Of a stretch of 64,000 nucleotides of DNA, positions 26,861 to 37,311 are shown in pieces. A program made the translations under genes and the position numbers. The stretch is from positions 1-64,000 of IMG/VR virus record IMGVR_UViG_3300031344_000005, one strand, 5' to 3'. Position 1 is the stretch's first letter; each line of letters opens with the position of its first letter. The notes beneath the pieces were generated by a model. That model was not told the origin of the DNA. It searched no databases and was given only the letters and a program-made list of their open reading frames with translations. This stretch comes from a virus.

Positions 26861-27252
26861 TGTCAACGCCCATCATCGTCAACCACGCAGGAGTCGCGGT
26901 CGGGACCAGCTCGGGCGGCTCGTTCGGCTGCGGCCCGTTCGACACCAGCTTCAACGCGACCTATGCGGCGCAGAAGAGTGGCCAGGACGATGTGGTGAGC
27001 GCGACCTTGGGGGCCCCCCTCGTGCTGCCCCTGGAGAACGTGGCGGGTGTTCGGGTGCTCATCATCAGCGTGAGCGGGAACAGCGTGACGTTGCTACTCA
27101 CCAGCGCGTCGGGCACCTTGCAGAAGATTCCGCTCAGCAGCGGGGGGATCATGATTTTCCACCAGCCGACCCTGGGCGACGAGTTCACGGCGATTGAAAT
27201 CGTCGGCAACGGCGCCACCGTCAGCTACTTCGTCGCGGGAGACCTCGCCTGA
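26860..27252 (+). CDS. Virion structural protein (beta-rich)
   Basis: TGATG coupling; synteny. Confidence 0.55.
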   Translation: MSTPIIVNHAGVAVGTSSGGSFGCGPFDTSFNATYAAQKSGQDDVVSATLGAPLVLPLENVAGVRVLIISVSGNSVTLLLTSASGTLQKIPLSSGGIMIFHQPTLGDEFTAIEIVGNGATVSYFVAGDLA

Positions 27253-27845
27253 TGCTGCAGGATCGTACCAGCCCGAGCGACGTGAAGGCCGAAGTGCCGT
27301 CCCTGTCGGGGCAGGTGCATCCCGAGCCCACCGTCAGGCGCAGCCTGGCCGATTCCCTGGTGCCCGCCATTGACCGGATCCGTCAGATCAAAACGGACCT
27401 CGGCTTTTCGCCATATCGCGTCTTCTTGGTCCACTGGCGCTGGCCCGGCAAGCGCGGCATCGGGCGCCCGGTCGAAACCGCCCGGATCGAAATTCAGCCG
27501 ACCCCTCGTGTCCAGGACATGCTCAGCACGTCCTTCGGCGTCTCGGCGTTCGGCCTGACGGAGGGCGGTGGGCTGTTTGTCGACCGCATCAGCGCACGAT
27601 TCAGCGAGGCGGACCTGACGGGCCGCACGCCTGACCTGATGGACCCAGCGCGCCCGCAGACCAGCGCCAGCAACGCAGAGTTCTTCTGGGAGGTGCGGGA
27701 GACGCGCCGAACGACGCCGCCGACGAAGCCCCGCCGCTACGCCGTGAGCGGCGTTCCAATGCTCAACAAGACGGGCCTCCACTGGCGCGTCAACCTGACC
27801 AAGCAGGACACATCCTGCGAAGTCGAGCCCGAGGTGGCGTCGTGA
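27252..27845 (+). CDS. Head closure/head-tail joining protein
   Basis: Synteny; beta-rich with terminal WRVNLTK. Confidence 0.55.
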   Translation: MLQDRTSPSDVKAEVPSLSGQVHPEPTVRRSLADSLVPAIDRIRQIKTDLGFSPYRVFLVHWRWPGKRGIGRPVETARIEIQPTPRVQDMLSTSFGVSAFGLTEGGGLFVDRISARFSEADLTGRTPDLMDPARPQTSASNAEFFWEVRETRRTTPPTKPRRYAVSGVPMLNKTGLHWRVNLTKQDTSCEVEPEVAS

Positions 27846-28450
27846 TTCGCACGGTCCACATCCGCGACCTGGGCGGGTACGTGTCGAAGATGCCCAAGGA
27901 GCGCCACGCGGCGGCCGTGCGGGCCGTCCGCAGGTGCATGCGCAGCCGCGGGCGAGTCATCGTCAACGAGGAGATCAATGCGACGAAGCCACGGCCGCCC
28001 GTCGACCGCCGCACCTACGCGAACTCCTGGGAGACGCTAGCGATCGACGATGGCTGCCGCATCTATTCGACAGATCCCAAGGCGTCCGTCATCGACCGCG
28101 GCCGACGTCCTGGCTTCGGAATCGGCCGGGCCGGCATCGAGGCCCTGATGGGCTGGGTCCACCGGCACGGCATGGATACCGTGAGCCACCCGGCAGCCCA
28201 GCGAGTTTCTCAGCGGCAGATGTTGCAGCGGGCACTCGGTCAGCGCGTGATGACCCTCAGAGCCGCCAAGAGCGAACAGGTGGGAGCGGCTGCCCGTTCC
28301 ATCGCGTACGCCATCGCGGCCGCCATCAAGAAGCGCGGTCTGTGGATGCCCAAGGGTCTGCAGGTATTCGCTCGCGCCAGCAAGCGCATCGTCGAGGAGT
28401 GCCGAACGGCCGTTCGGCGGGCTATCGCGGGCGCTGAGGGGGGCAACTGA
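27842..28450 (+). CDS. Neck/tail completion protein (HK97 gp10-like)
   Basis: PVDRRTYANSW...ASVIDRGRRPG...IA.AIKKRG pattern. Confidence 0.65.
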   Translation: MIRTVHIRDLGGYVSKMPKERHAAAVRAVRRCMRSRGRVIVNEEINATKPRPPVDRRTYANSWETLAIDDGCRIYSTDPKASVIDRGRRPGFGIGRAGIEALMGWVHRHGMDTVSHPAAQRVSQRQMLQRALGQRVMTLRAAKSEQVGAAARSIAYAIAAAIKKRGLWMPKGLQVFARASKRIVEECRTAVRRAIAGAEGGN

Positions 28451-29151
28451 TGTACGCCTCCCAATTCTTTCCCTTGGCCATCTGCGACGTGCGGGACGCC
28501 TGCGCGTTGGCTCTCAGTCGGGTCATCGAGGCCATTGACACTACGATTGGCGGCCAGCGCATCAAGTTCAACCACGTGTTCGATGAGTGGCCGACTCAGG
28601 ACGACAAGTACGACCCACCGGCCGCCTGCGTGATCGCACCTCCCGAGTGGGAATACTCGGACAGCGGCGAGCCGAAGCTGTTGGAGGACACGGTTCAAAG
28701 CTTCACTACGGGCGCGGATGACCCGCCGTCCTACGGACTCTACAAGACGGCCGAAATGCTGGACCAGTTCGGGCTGCAGATTCGGGCAGGAAGCGCCGCC
28801 ATGCGGTCCATGCTGAAGCTGGCCGTCGAGGACGCCTTTCAGCTTCGCGAAGCCGCCATGTACCCCCTGAGACAGCGGTACGGCCTGCAGTTGGATCTAC
28901 CTGAGTATTGGGGACTGACCGCACGCGCATCGCTGCTCAAGGGCAGCAACACCGATTCCGAGGACGCGGCCATGCGAAATCAGCGCGAGGCTTCGTTCGT
29001 GATTTCCATGCAGGCCCCCAAGGTGCAGCTCATGGCCATCTGGCCGATGAGCATCACCGTTACCGAGAAGACCTTCACGGGCGATGGGCGGCTCATCAAT
29101 AGCGCCACCATCAAGCCCAGCGACGATCCGCCAACCATGACCAGGAGCTAA
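28450..29151 (+). CDS. Tail terminator-like protein
   Basis: Immediately precedes sheath; size and synteny. Confidence 0.5.
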   Translation: MYASQFFPLAICDVRDACALALSRVIEAIDTTIGGQRIKFNHVFDEWPTQDDKYDPPAACVIAPPEWEYSDSGEPKLLEDTVQSFTTGADDPPSYGLYKTAEMLDQFGLQIRAGSAAMRSMLKLAVEDAFQLREAAMYPLRQRYGLQLDLPEYWGLTARASLLKGSNTDSEDAAMRNQREASFVISMQAPKVQLMAIWPMSITVTEKTFTGDGRLINSATIKPSDDPPTMTRS

Positions 29152-29154
29152 CCC

Positions 29155-30993
29155 ATGTTCATTTACCGCACAACCACGATGCCGACCCTGGCGAAGCTCA
29201 CGGAACTGGAGCGCATCGTCGCCGTCGACGGCGCAGGTCCCAACCAACCAGTGAGCGGCGGAACCGTCCGCGCTTGCGCGGTGGGCGAGTGCCTGCAGGG
29301 GCCGTTCGTTCCTACGGTGGTCAACGCCCCCAGCGACATCGAGAACTACTTCGTTGGCGACCGCACCCGGTTCGCTCTGCTCAGCCAGAGCGGGTTCGAC
29401 CCCGCGACGGCCGTGCAAGACGGATCCGGCGTGACGTTCGACGGCAACGTCTGGGCCGAACTGAAGGGCAAGACGTTCAGCGGGCTTGTGATTCAGCGGG
29501 TCGACTGCGACATGGTGACGGCGACGGCGTCGGTCACGACCAAGGCGTTCGTCGCCTTCACGCTCACGGTGAACTCCGCCGACTACACGACGGTCAGCAA
29601 CGTCCAGTATACCAACAAGGACATCGTGATTCCGTCGGGAACTCGGTTCTCCGATGCGGCCAACGTCGTGATCGCAACCTCTCAGCAGATCACGATCCCA
29701 ACTGGAACCATCATCACGACTGGCGCGCTGGCGCTTGCCATCAGCTTCACGCAGAACGCAGCGTCGGGCGCTCTGACGTACGTTGCCTCGGGTGCAACGA
29801 CTGGCGCCACCTGTTTTTTCGTCAAGGGCACCACGAAGGCCATCGCCGGCATCAATACGGCAGTCGACGTCGTGTTGCCAGGCGTGAACGCCGGCACGGT
29901 GATTGCGGCTTCTGGTGTGTCGACCATCAACATCACACCCGCCGCCACCGCCATCTTCGCCCCGACGGGCGGCGGGGCGGCTCCGAGCGGCGACACCCTG
30001 TCCAACCGCATCATCCTGAACTACCCCGCAGCCATCACGAAGACGCTGCCGGGTGTGGCGGCCACGAACGACATCGTGGCCATCTGGTCGGCTCGCAACT
30101 ACCAGTCCAGCACGGCAGACACCGGCAAGACCATGCGGGCGAACCTTTGGGCCAACGCCATCGCAGCGAGTACCACAGGCCGTGGGCGCGCCGCCTGTGT
30201 GACGGGTGCTCCAGTGGTGGGAATCACCGCGAGCGACCAGACGACCGCCAAGGGCCTCTACGAGGCAATCATCGGCACCACCGACACCATCACGGGCGCC
30301 GACGCAGACCGCTACTGGCTCAGCGGTCCCTACATCCAGGTCTTCAGCAGCGAGCTGAACGCCGACATCGTCATCAGCGTCTGTGGCACCCGGGCCTGCA
30401 TGAAGGTCAATCTGGCGAACGCCGGCAAGTCCGAATACCAGACGAGCGTGGGGAGCCCGGAGAACGACAGCATCCAGGCCGTCGACGCCCAGGAGCCCTG
30501 CTTCGCCGCCAACCCGATGGTCGAGGCGGACTTCACCGCCATGAAGGCCGCGGGGGTCGCGTGGTTCGTGAAGGATCGTACGGCCGGCTGGTGGTTCTAC
30601 AGCGGCGTGACGGGCGCGAATCGCATCACCTACCAGAACCGCGTGTCCGACAACCGCCGCAGCTTTGCGGACGAGATCCAGGACATGATCTTCGGGCTCG
30701 GGACGCCGTACTCGAAGAAGCCCGGTACGCCACAGCGAGCCGACTCCTACATGCAGGACATCACGGCATATGTGGACATGCTGGTGAAGCCTCCGATCGG
30801 TGACAGCCGTGCCATGGCGGCCACTGTGCTCGACGGCGCGGCGGCGGGCAACAGTCAATATCTCAACGCCCACGGCGTCTATCTGTTCGAGACCGACGTG
30901 GCGATGTACGGCGACATGAACGCCATCGTCATCAAGACCATGATCGGTCCCAACGTCATCATCAGCCAGGCCACCTCTCAGGCCGGCACGTAA
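29155..30993 (+). CDS. Contractile tail sheath protein
   Basis: 612 aa; VGE..QGPF.PT N-terminus, NRRSFADEIQ C-terminal motif; followed by tube. Confidence 0.85.
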   Translation: MFIYRTTTMPTLAKLTELERIVAVDGAGPNQPVSGGTVRACAVGECLQGPFVPTVVNAPSDIENYFVGDRTRFALLSQSGFDPATAVQDGSGVTFDGNVWAELKGKTFSGLVIQRVDCDMVTATASVTTKAFVAFTLTVNSADYTTVSNVQYTNKDIVIPSGTRFSDAANVVIATSQQITIPTGTIITTGALALAISFTQNAASGALTYVASGATTGATCFFVKGTTKAIAGINTAVDVVLPGVNAGTVIAASGVSTINITPAATAIFAPTGGGAAPSGDTLSNRIILNYPAAITKTLPGVAATNDIVAIWSARNYQSSTADTGKTMRANLWANAIAASTTGRGRAACVTGAPVVGITASDQTTAKGLYEAIIGTTDTITGADADRYWLSGPYIQVFSSELNADIVISVCGTRACMKVNLANAGKSEYQTSVGSPENDSIQAVDAQEPCFAANPMVEADFTAMKAAGVAWFVKDRTAGWWFYSGVTGANRITYQNRVSDNRRSFADEIQDMIFGLGTPYSKKPGTPQRADSYMQDITAYVDMLVKPPIGDSRAMAATVLDGAAAGNSQYLNAHGVYLFETDVAMYGDMNAIVIKTMIGPNVIISQATSQAGT

Positions 30994-31002
30994 GGAGCTA
31001 CC

Positions 31003-31449
31003 ATGGCGACTGACTATCGAGTTCTCGGCCGAGACACGAACATCCGGATCACCCAGAGCGGTATCCTGCTGACCGAGATCACGGCCATCAAGAATCTGGA
31101 CTTCGGGCCCGAGTTGACTTTGCTGTCCGAGGGCTTCCTGGGCGAGTCTGCCGAGCGCCACCGGGAAGTCTTCAAGTCGGTGGACGTCAACTTTGTCGTC
31201 GAACCCGAAGGCGAGTCAATCTTCCAACTGCAGTATGCGATCTACCAGCGGGCGCGAAGCGGCCAGGCGAACGATCTGCAGATCAACCTGGGGTACAGGA
31301 TTCAATTCCCGTCCGGGACCATCTTCCGCATGACCCTGCCGGACCTGCGGTTCAGCGACCCCGGCAAGCTCGCGAACGCGGGCCGCGAGTCGTTCCTCTC
31401 GCAGTCCTTCGCGGCCAAGACCGACCGCTACATTCCCAACTTCACCTGA
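31003..31449 (+). CDS. Tail tube protein
   Basis: 148 aa directly after sheath; TAAGGAG RBS. Confidence 0.75.
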   Translation: MATDYRVLGRDTNIRITQSGILLTEITAIKNLDFGPELTLLSEGFLGESAERHREVFKSVDVNFVVEPEGESIFQLQYAIYQRARSGQANDLQINLGYRIQFPSGTIFRMTLPDLRFSDPGKLANAGRESFLSQSFAAKTDRYIPNFT

Positions 31450-31476
31450 TCCCCCAACCCGACATAGGAGGCCACC

Positions 31477-31875
31477 ATGTCCGATCCACTGAACCTAGGG
31501 ATGCAAGCTGCGGCAGCGATCGCAGCCTTGCCCCGCACGACCTTCACGGTCCCCGAAACCGCTCGCACCGCCACGGACCCCAAGACCGTCACGATTCGCC
31601 AACTGACGTTCGCCGAAGAGAAGGCGGCTCTGGAGGCCAAGGGGCACGGCGGCCACTCGTTCGAGTACGAGGGCGCCAAGCGGGCGCTCTGTGCCATTGA
31701 CGGCCAGCCCATCACGTGGACCGACAACCAGATCGAGAACGTCTTCATGGGCCTGTCGAACAAGGTGCGCGACATGGTGATCCGTGGCTTCTCCCTCGTC
31801 TGCCTGCCGAGCCAGAAAGAGGCGGACGATTTTTTAGCCAGCGCGAGCGCCACGGACTCAGCGAACAACTCCTAG
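31477..31875 (+). CDS. Tail assembly chaperone (G)
   Basis: Between tube and tape measure; slippery T TTT TTA near 3' end. Confidence 0.78.
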   Translation: MSDPLNLGMQAAAAIAALPRTTFTVPETARTATDPKTVTIRQLTFAEEKAALEAKGHGGHSFEYEGAKRALCAIDGQPITWTDNQIENVFMGLSNKVRDMVIRGFSLVCLPSQKEADDFLASASATDSANNS

Positions 31876-32024
31876 ACGCCCTATGGGACGACGTCGTCTA
31901 TATAGCTCGATACGCACACCAGGACTTCGACAAGATACTCAGCCGACCGCGTTCTGAAATCATCAAGATCAAAGAAGCCCTCGGGCGGCTGGTGGACCAA
32001 GAGAACAACAAGAAACCCACCTAA
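31830..32024 (+). other. -1 programmed frameshift site and GT extension
   Basis: T TTT TTA at 31830-31836 in correct phase; -1 frame open to TAA 32024. Confidence 0.78.
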
Positions 32025-32030
32025 GCCGCC

Positions 32031-33863
32031 ATGAGCGAGAATACGACACAGGTTGAGGGCCTAGACTTTACGGTCAAGGACCACGCGACGCCGGCCGCCG
32101 AGCACATGGCGAAGGCGTTCGAGCACGTCCACCACGCGGCCTCGGCTACGACCCAGAAGTTCAGTCAGATGACCCACAGCGCCGCCATGTCGGGCCTCGC
32201 CATGGTGGGACTTGGGTTCGGGTTCCGCGAGGTGGCGAAGTTCGCGGGCGACGCCAACCTGGAGCTTGAGAACGCGGTCAAGAGGATCGCGGGCGTTCAG
32301 TTCACGTTCGGCCACTGGAAGGCCGGCACGACGGCACAGGAGAAGTGGAACGAGTCGCTGACGGAGGGGAATGAGATCGTCGGCAAGTTGGAGGCGTCCG
32401 AGGGCAAGCTGAAGATGAAACGGGCCGAGTTGGCCGAGGTTTACTCGTCTCAGGCGATGATGTCGGAGCGCTACCACCAGACGCAGGCGCAGCAGATCGA
32501 TCTGACCGAGAAGCTTGGCGCTACGCAGAAGGTGCTGGGCATCAGCGCGGAGGCGGCGGGCGACATGATCGGCCGCGCCGCCATGACGGGCGCCATTCCA
32601 CTGCGCAGCCATCTTGGACGCCAACTCGCCAGCAGCATCGGGGATCTGAAGAAGTTCAAGCACGCCTCCGAGGCGGTGCGGTTCGAGAAGCTCAAGAAGG
32701 CGCTGGGCGACATGATGCCGGCGGCCGAAGGGATGGGGAAGGGACTGGCGGGTTCCATGTTCGACGTGCGCAAAGCCGTAGAGGATCTCACGCGGGATCT
32801 GACGGGAGGCGTCTTCAAGCAAGTCACGAAGGACTTCGCCGACTGGGCGCACAAGCTGACAGACGTGCGGGAGAGCGGCCAGAGCGTCGCGAAGGTTTGG
32901 GGCGAGAAGCTCGTGACGGATTTCGGCTACCTGAAGGACGCGACGGCATTCATCGCCGATCATTGGAAGGCCATTGCCGGCATCTTCGTGGCCACCAAGT
33001 TTGCGGGTACCATGCAGGGGCTGGCGGGGCGCTTCGGGGCTGGGGGCGTAGCGGGGGCGGCCGGGGGAGCGGCGGCGGGTGCCGGGCTGGCCGGCGTGAT
33101 GAACGTGAAGGCCGGTACCGTGAACGTCCAGGGAGGCGCAGCGGCGGCACTGGGGGCCACCACGGCTTCCGAGATTGGGGCGAAACTCAAACCCAGCTTG
33201 TCGGAGACCGTCACCAAATTCAGTAACATGGCGGCCAGGGTCGGAATAGTCACAGAGGCCCTTGGGGGGCTCTACATTGGTCTGGACGCTCTCGCCAAGT
33301 GGGCACTGTCGAAGCAAGACGAGGGCATGGCCAGGAGCGCGGCGGCTCCGCGGGCTATGTCATCGCTCACCGCTGGTGCTAAGGCCATGTCGTCCGCACT
33401 GCATGAGGAATCGGTCGAGAAGACATTCGGCCACCTAAAGTCGGCCTTTGAAGCCTACGGCCTGAAGCCTGGGCAGATGCTCGACCGGGCGACGCTGTCC
33501 GCCGAATTGCGAGCGATGGAGCCTGGTCTCGCGGCCAAGCAGATCGCCATGTACGGCATCAAGGGCGCTTCCGCCAAGAGCGTCCAGGCCCCTGGCATGT
33601 TGGACGAGGCCGCCGGCAGGATCACGACGCTCCTGAACAACTATGCCGCGCAGTTGTTGGCGGCGAATCCCGATCTGGCCAAGGGAGTCTCACAGCGGAA
33701 GACCACGGCCGCACCCGTGACGAACATCAACGTCCAGCACCTCGAAATCACCCAGGACTTCAAGCAAGCCGATCCTGACCGCGTCTTCCACAACGTCCCG
33801 CGAGACATCGCCGACATGGTCCGCAACCCGCGCGGCAGCAACATCGGGGCGGTGTCAGGATGA
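32031..33863 (+). CDS. Tape measure protein
   Basis: 610 aa, Ala/Gly-rich helical, after chaperone. Confidence 0.8.
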   Translation: MSENTTQVEGLDFTVKDHATPAAEHMAKAFEHVHHAASATTQKFSQMTHSAAMSGLAMVGLGFGFREVAKFAGDANLELENAVKRIAGVQFTFGHWKAGTTAQEKWNESLTEGNEIVGKLEASEGKLKMKRAELAEVYSSQAMMSERYHQTQAQQIDLTEKLGATQKVLGISAEAAGDMIGRAAMTGAIPLRSHLGRQLASSIGDLKKFKHASEAVRFEKLKKALGDMMPAAEGMGKGLAGSMFDVRKAVEDLTRDLTGGVFKQVTKDFADWAHKLTDVRESGQSVAKVWGEKLVTDFGYLKDATAFIADHWKAIAGIFVATKFAGTMQGLAGRFGAGGVAGAAGGAAAGAGLAGVMNVKAGTVNVQGGAAAALGATTASEIGAKLKPSLSETVTKFSNMAARVGIVTEALGGLYIGLDALAKWALSKQDEGMARSAAAPRAMSSLTAGAKAMSSALHEESVEKTFGHLKSAFEAYGLKPGQMLDRATLSAELRAMEPGLAAKQIAMYGIKGASAKSVQAPGMLDEAAGRITTLLNNYAAQLLAANPDLAKGVSQRKTTAAPVTNINVQHLEITQDFKQADPDRVFHNVPRDIADMVRNPRGSNIGAVSG

Positions 33864-35164
33864 CGACCTTCGCCGAACTGAATGCGCAGGGCGACGCCGC
33901 CGACAAGGACTCGACGGCGCAGGGCCATATCCAGATCATCCCGCTCGAAGGCACCCTGCCGACCATCGACCTATGGGCCGACGCCATGCCGTTCAAAGGC
34001 ATGGAGTTCGCGGGCGAGCAGCGGATCTCGACGAAATACTACGTTGGCAACCCGGTGGCGACACAGCAGATCGGCGGTCCCATCAAGACCCCCAGTACAT
34101 GGATGGGGCATTGGATGGACGTCGACCTGGGCGAAGGCGGGGCCCGTGCGTTGGTGCTGCAGTTCGAGAACCTGCGCGACCTCGGGATCCCGGTGGAGGT
34201 GCGGTGGGGCGGCCGAAATCTCGCGGCCGGCGAAGACCCCGCGGTGGTTCGTCGCGGGCTCATCAAAAAATTCACGCCGAAGTACAACCGCCTCCAAGAC
34301 ATCGAATGGTCCTGTGAGTGGGAATGGCGGGGCGAAACCCTGCAGACCAAGCCGCCGACGTTCGCGTCAGATGCCTTCGCGACCAGCCAAGACTTCTCGG
34401 CGCTGCGGGAGCAACTGGCCGAAACACAGGACGAAACGACGTCCTGGAGAGACGTTGCGTGGGACATCCTGGGCACTGGCGCCAACGCCATGTTGACCGT
34501 CTCGGATGCGCTGGACGATGTACAGAGTTCCATCGCCGCGGCCATCGACGTGGTGGACGGGGCGAGCGACATGTTGTCGCAGGTCGCCAGTCTGCCAAGT
34601 GACATTGCCGACCGCATGCGCGGTGTCTGCGCTCGCGTGGTGATTGCGTGTGCCAATGGTCGCGCGGCCGTAGGGGATTTCTGCGGGCTCTGGCCCGGCG
34701 TCGAGGGCATCGCGATTGGGGTGGACATCACGGAGGCCGGCATGTTCATCCGCCGGCAGGCCGGTATGGCGAAGCTCGCGATGTTCCCGCATGACAACCC
34801 CATGGAGCACCTCGACGGCCAAACGGCTCAATACGACCTGATCCGGTCTTGGGACCTGCTGGCCCAGCAGGCGGCGGTGGCCTCCGCGACGCTTGCGAGT
34901 CAGCAGGTCCCAGACATTATCGCGACCGTGCGACCGCCAGCCGGCACTGACCTGCGGGACCTCGCCGTCAAATACTACGGCAATGCAGATCTGTGGATCT
35001 TGATTGCCGACTACAACGACCTTGACAGCTCGGAGGTACCGGCGACGCCAGCCGGCGTGAGCGACAACGGCGCGCCGCCGATCTATATCCCGCGACAGAC
35101 AGCATTTGTCGCGATGCTAAATGAACTATGGGGCAGCGGCGGCGCTACGGGGGCCTCGCCATGA
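33860..35164 (+). CDS. Tail tube initiator/baseplate protein with LysM-like C-terminus
   Basis: DLRDLAVKYYGNADLWILIADYN; follows tape measure. Confidence 0.7.
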   Translation: MTTFAELNAQGDAADKDSTAQGHIQIIPLEGTLPTIDLWADAMPFKGMEFAGEQRISTKYYVGNPVATQQIGGPIKTPSTWMGHWMDVDLGEGGARALVLQFENLRDLGIPVEVRWGGRNLAAGEDPAVVRRGLIKKFTPKYNRLQDIEWSCEWEWRGETLQTKPPTFASDAFATSQDFSALREQLAETQDETTSWRDVAWDILGTGANAMLTVSDALDDVQSSIAAAIDVVDGASDMLSQVASLPSDIADRMRGVCARVVIACANGRAAVGDFCGLWPGVEGIAIGVDITEAGMFIRRQAGMAKLAMFPHDNPMEHLDGQTAQYDLIRSWDLLAQQAAVASATLASQQVPDIIATVRPPAGTDLRDLAVKYYGNADLWILIADYNDLDSSEVPATPAGVSDNGAPPIYIPRQTAFVAMLNELWGSGGATGASP

Positions 35165-37311
35165 GCCAGTCACAGCCCCGCCTTTACCGGCCAGCGTGGT
35201 TTCTGCGTTTCCATGTGCGTCTAGAGGACTTCGGCCAGACCGACGAGTCCGACGCCCAGGACGGCTCGAAGCCCTACACGGACGCCAAAGCGACGCAACT
35301 CCAGCTATCGAGCGACACCGAGACTCTGCTGGCCCAGCAGGCGGCGGCTGGCGGGTACAGAAAGTCAAGTCAGATCGGCCTGCTGAAACTATCGAGCGGG
35401 CTGCGTCGGGACGCCGCCAGGGTCGGCGCCAAGTCATCGGCGGGCGATGGTGGCAAGGCCGATCCGTTCTCGGTGGAGTTCGTCACGGCCCCCATGGAGC
35501 TGTCGATCGAAGACAAGGGCTTCCGCGAGGCGGACGTTCTGGAGGCCAGCTTCCCCTTCATCGACATGCCGCTCAACCCGCTAATCGTTCGCGAGATTCG
35601 CGTCGAGGGCTGGGTCGGGACCGTGAAGGCCGCCGACTTTGCGACCCCGCAGAACTGGCACCTGGAGCCGCGGATGTCGAAGACCAGCGTGCTGCGGTTC
35701 AACGGGTACGTGGACTTGCCCGAGATGGAAGCCGACGAGAACGCCAACACGGTGCACATCAAGGCCCGCAGCTACATCTCGGTGCTCATCGACGGCAAGA
35801 TCAATCCGCACGCCAAGGCGTACCGGATCCAAGGGAAAGAAGAACTGCTGACCGCCTACATCAACCGCATCCTGTCGCTGTACCCGCCGACATCGGGCGA
35901 CACTGGCGGCGACCCTTTCCGCGCCTACTGGTACGCGAGCCCGTCCGAGAAAGAGCCGACGCTGAGCCGCAAGACCCTGTTGCGGTCGCTTCAGAGCGCG
36001 AAGAGCCGCAACCAAGCGGCCGGGCAATCACCCGGCAGCGACAGCAGTGCGCAGCCGGACCCCGCGGGCGAAGCCCCCGATCCAGCCGGGCTGGGTGACG
36101 CTGCCAGCGGTGGCGCACCGGCGATGCCTCCCAAGGCCGTGAGCGAAGAAGGAATTTCGATCTGGGATCTCATCACGCAGGCGTGCGAGCTGTGCGGTGT
36201 GCTCCCGATGTACAAGCCGAGCCTGCCGCCGTTCAAGGGGCCAGATGGGAAAGACATCGATCCCGTCAACTGCCTGCTCGTCACCCCGCCGGAAGCGTTC
36301 TTCGATGATATTTCGAGCGCCGTGCAGATCGCTGGCGGTGCGCGGGACGGCTTCACACGCGACTTCAGCCTTGAGACAGGCGGCGCGTTTACCTCGGACG
36401 TCCGCTTCATGGTGTGGGGACAGAACCTCAGCAAGATGAAGCTAGCCCGTCAGATGGGGAAGGTACGTCCAACCGCCGTCGAGGTGCGCGGCTACAACAT
36501 CGACGCCAGCGACAAAGGCGGCGAGATGGTGGCGCGCTTCCCAGCCCACAATCCCAGGAAGCCCAAGGGCAAGGGACGCTCGGCGCACAAGATGACCGAG
36601 AAGGGCGGCGGGAAAATCGATGCGATCCGCACGTTCGTCTTGAAGGGCATTCGCAGTCCGCAGATGCTCATGGACGCCGCCAAGTCCATCTATCACCAAC
36701 TCTGCCGGCCCGAGCTGACCATGAGCTTGGAGACCGACGAACTGGCCAGCTACATCGACCCCGCAGCGTCCATGCAGGCGGGTACGCTGGTCGAGAACCA
36801 CAACGACAACCCCGACATCCTGCGACTTTGTGCCGGCACGCCCGTACATGTCGTGGTGGCGAAGAAGTCGAAAGATCCCAACAACCTCACGATCTGCAGC
36901 CTCTCAGAATTCTACGACCTGAAGGGCGACCAGATCGTAGAGCTGCTGACCAAACAAAACGACCGCTGGGGTGCCTTCCACACCGACGGGACACTCGACC
37001 AGCAAGGCATCGAAGCCACGGCGCAGAAGATTCAGGCGGCGTACCGGGCGGCCAAGCTCCCGAGCGTCTACTACTGCAAGGCCGTTCGCTTGCAGTTCAA
37101 GGCGGACGATGAGTTCTTTCACTGTTCGATGGAGCTGGCGAACTACATGCCGACGAATGACCCGGCCAACATGGATGCCGACACGCATGCCCTAAACGAC
37201 GAGCGCAGGATGAAGCCAACGTCGTCGGCCGCCAGGCGGGCGGCAGCACAAGCCAAACAGTCAGACGACATCACGAACCGAGCTGCGCGCCAGTCTTCGG
37301 GGGGTGTCTGA
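35161..37311 (+). CDS. Baseplate hub protein
   Basis: Synteny; WDLITQACELCG pattern; precedes spike. Confidence 0.65.
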   Translation: MSQSQPRLYRPAWFLRFHVRLEDFGQTDESDAQDGSKPYTDAKATQLQLSSDTETLLAQQAAAGGYRKSSQIGLLKLSSGLRRDAARVGAKSSAGDGGKADPFSVEFVTAPMELSIEDKGFREADVLEASFPFIDMPLNPLIVREIRVEGWVGTVKAADFATPQNWHLEPRMSKTSVLRFNGYVDLPEMEADENANTVHIKARSYISVLIDGKINPHAKAYRIQGKEELLTAYINRILSLYPPTSGDTGGDPFRAYWYASPSEKEPTLSRKTLLRSLQSAKSRNQAAGQSPGSDSSAQPDPAGEAPDPAGLGDAASGGAPAMPPKAVSEEGISIWDLITQACELCGVLPMYKPSLPPFKGPDGKDIDPVNCLLVTPPEAFFDDISSAVQIAGGARDGFTRDFSLETGGAFTSDVRFMVWGQNLSKMKLARQMGKVRPTAVEVRGYNIDASDKGGEMVARFPAHNPRKPKGKGRSAHKMTEKGGGKIDAIRTFVLKGIRSPQMLMDAAKSIYHQLCRPELTMSLETDELASYIDPAASMQAGTLVENHNDNPDILRLCAGTPVHVVVAKKSKDPNNLTICSLSEFYDLKGDQIVELLTKQNDRWGAFHTDGTLDQQGIEATAQKIQAAYRAAKLPSVYYCKAVRLQFKADDEFFHCSMELANYMPTNDPANMDADTHALNDERRMKPTSSAARRAAAQAKQSDDITNRAARQSSGGV

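Noticed and set aside
28897-31161. Long minus-strand ORFs opposite sheath, capsid, portal and tape measure (e.g. 754 aa, 506 aa)
   Set aside because: Antisense shadows expected from GC-rich codon bias; no motifs, and they overlap confident genes
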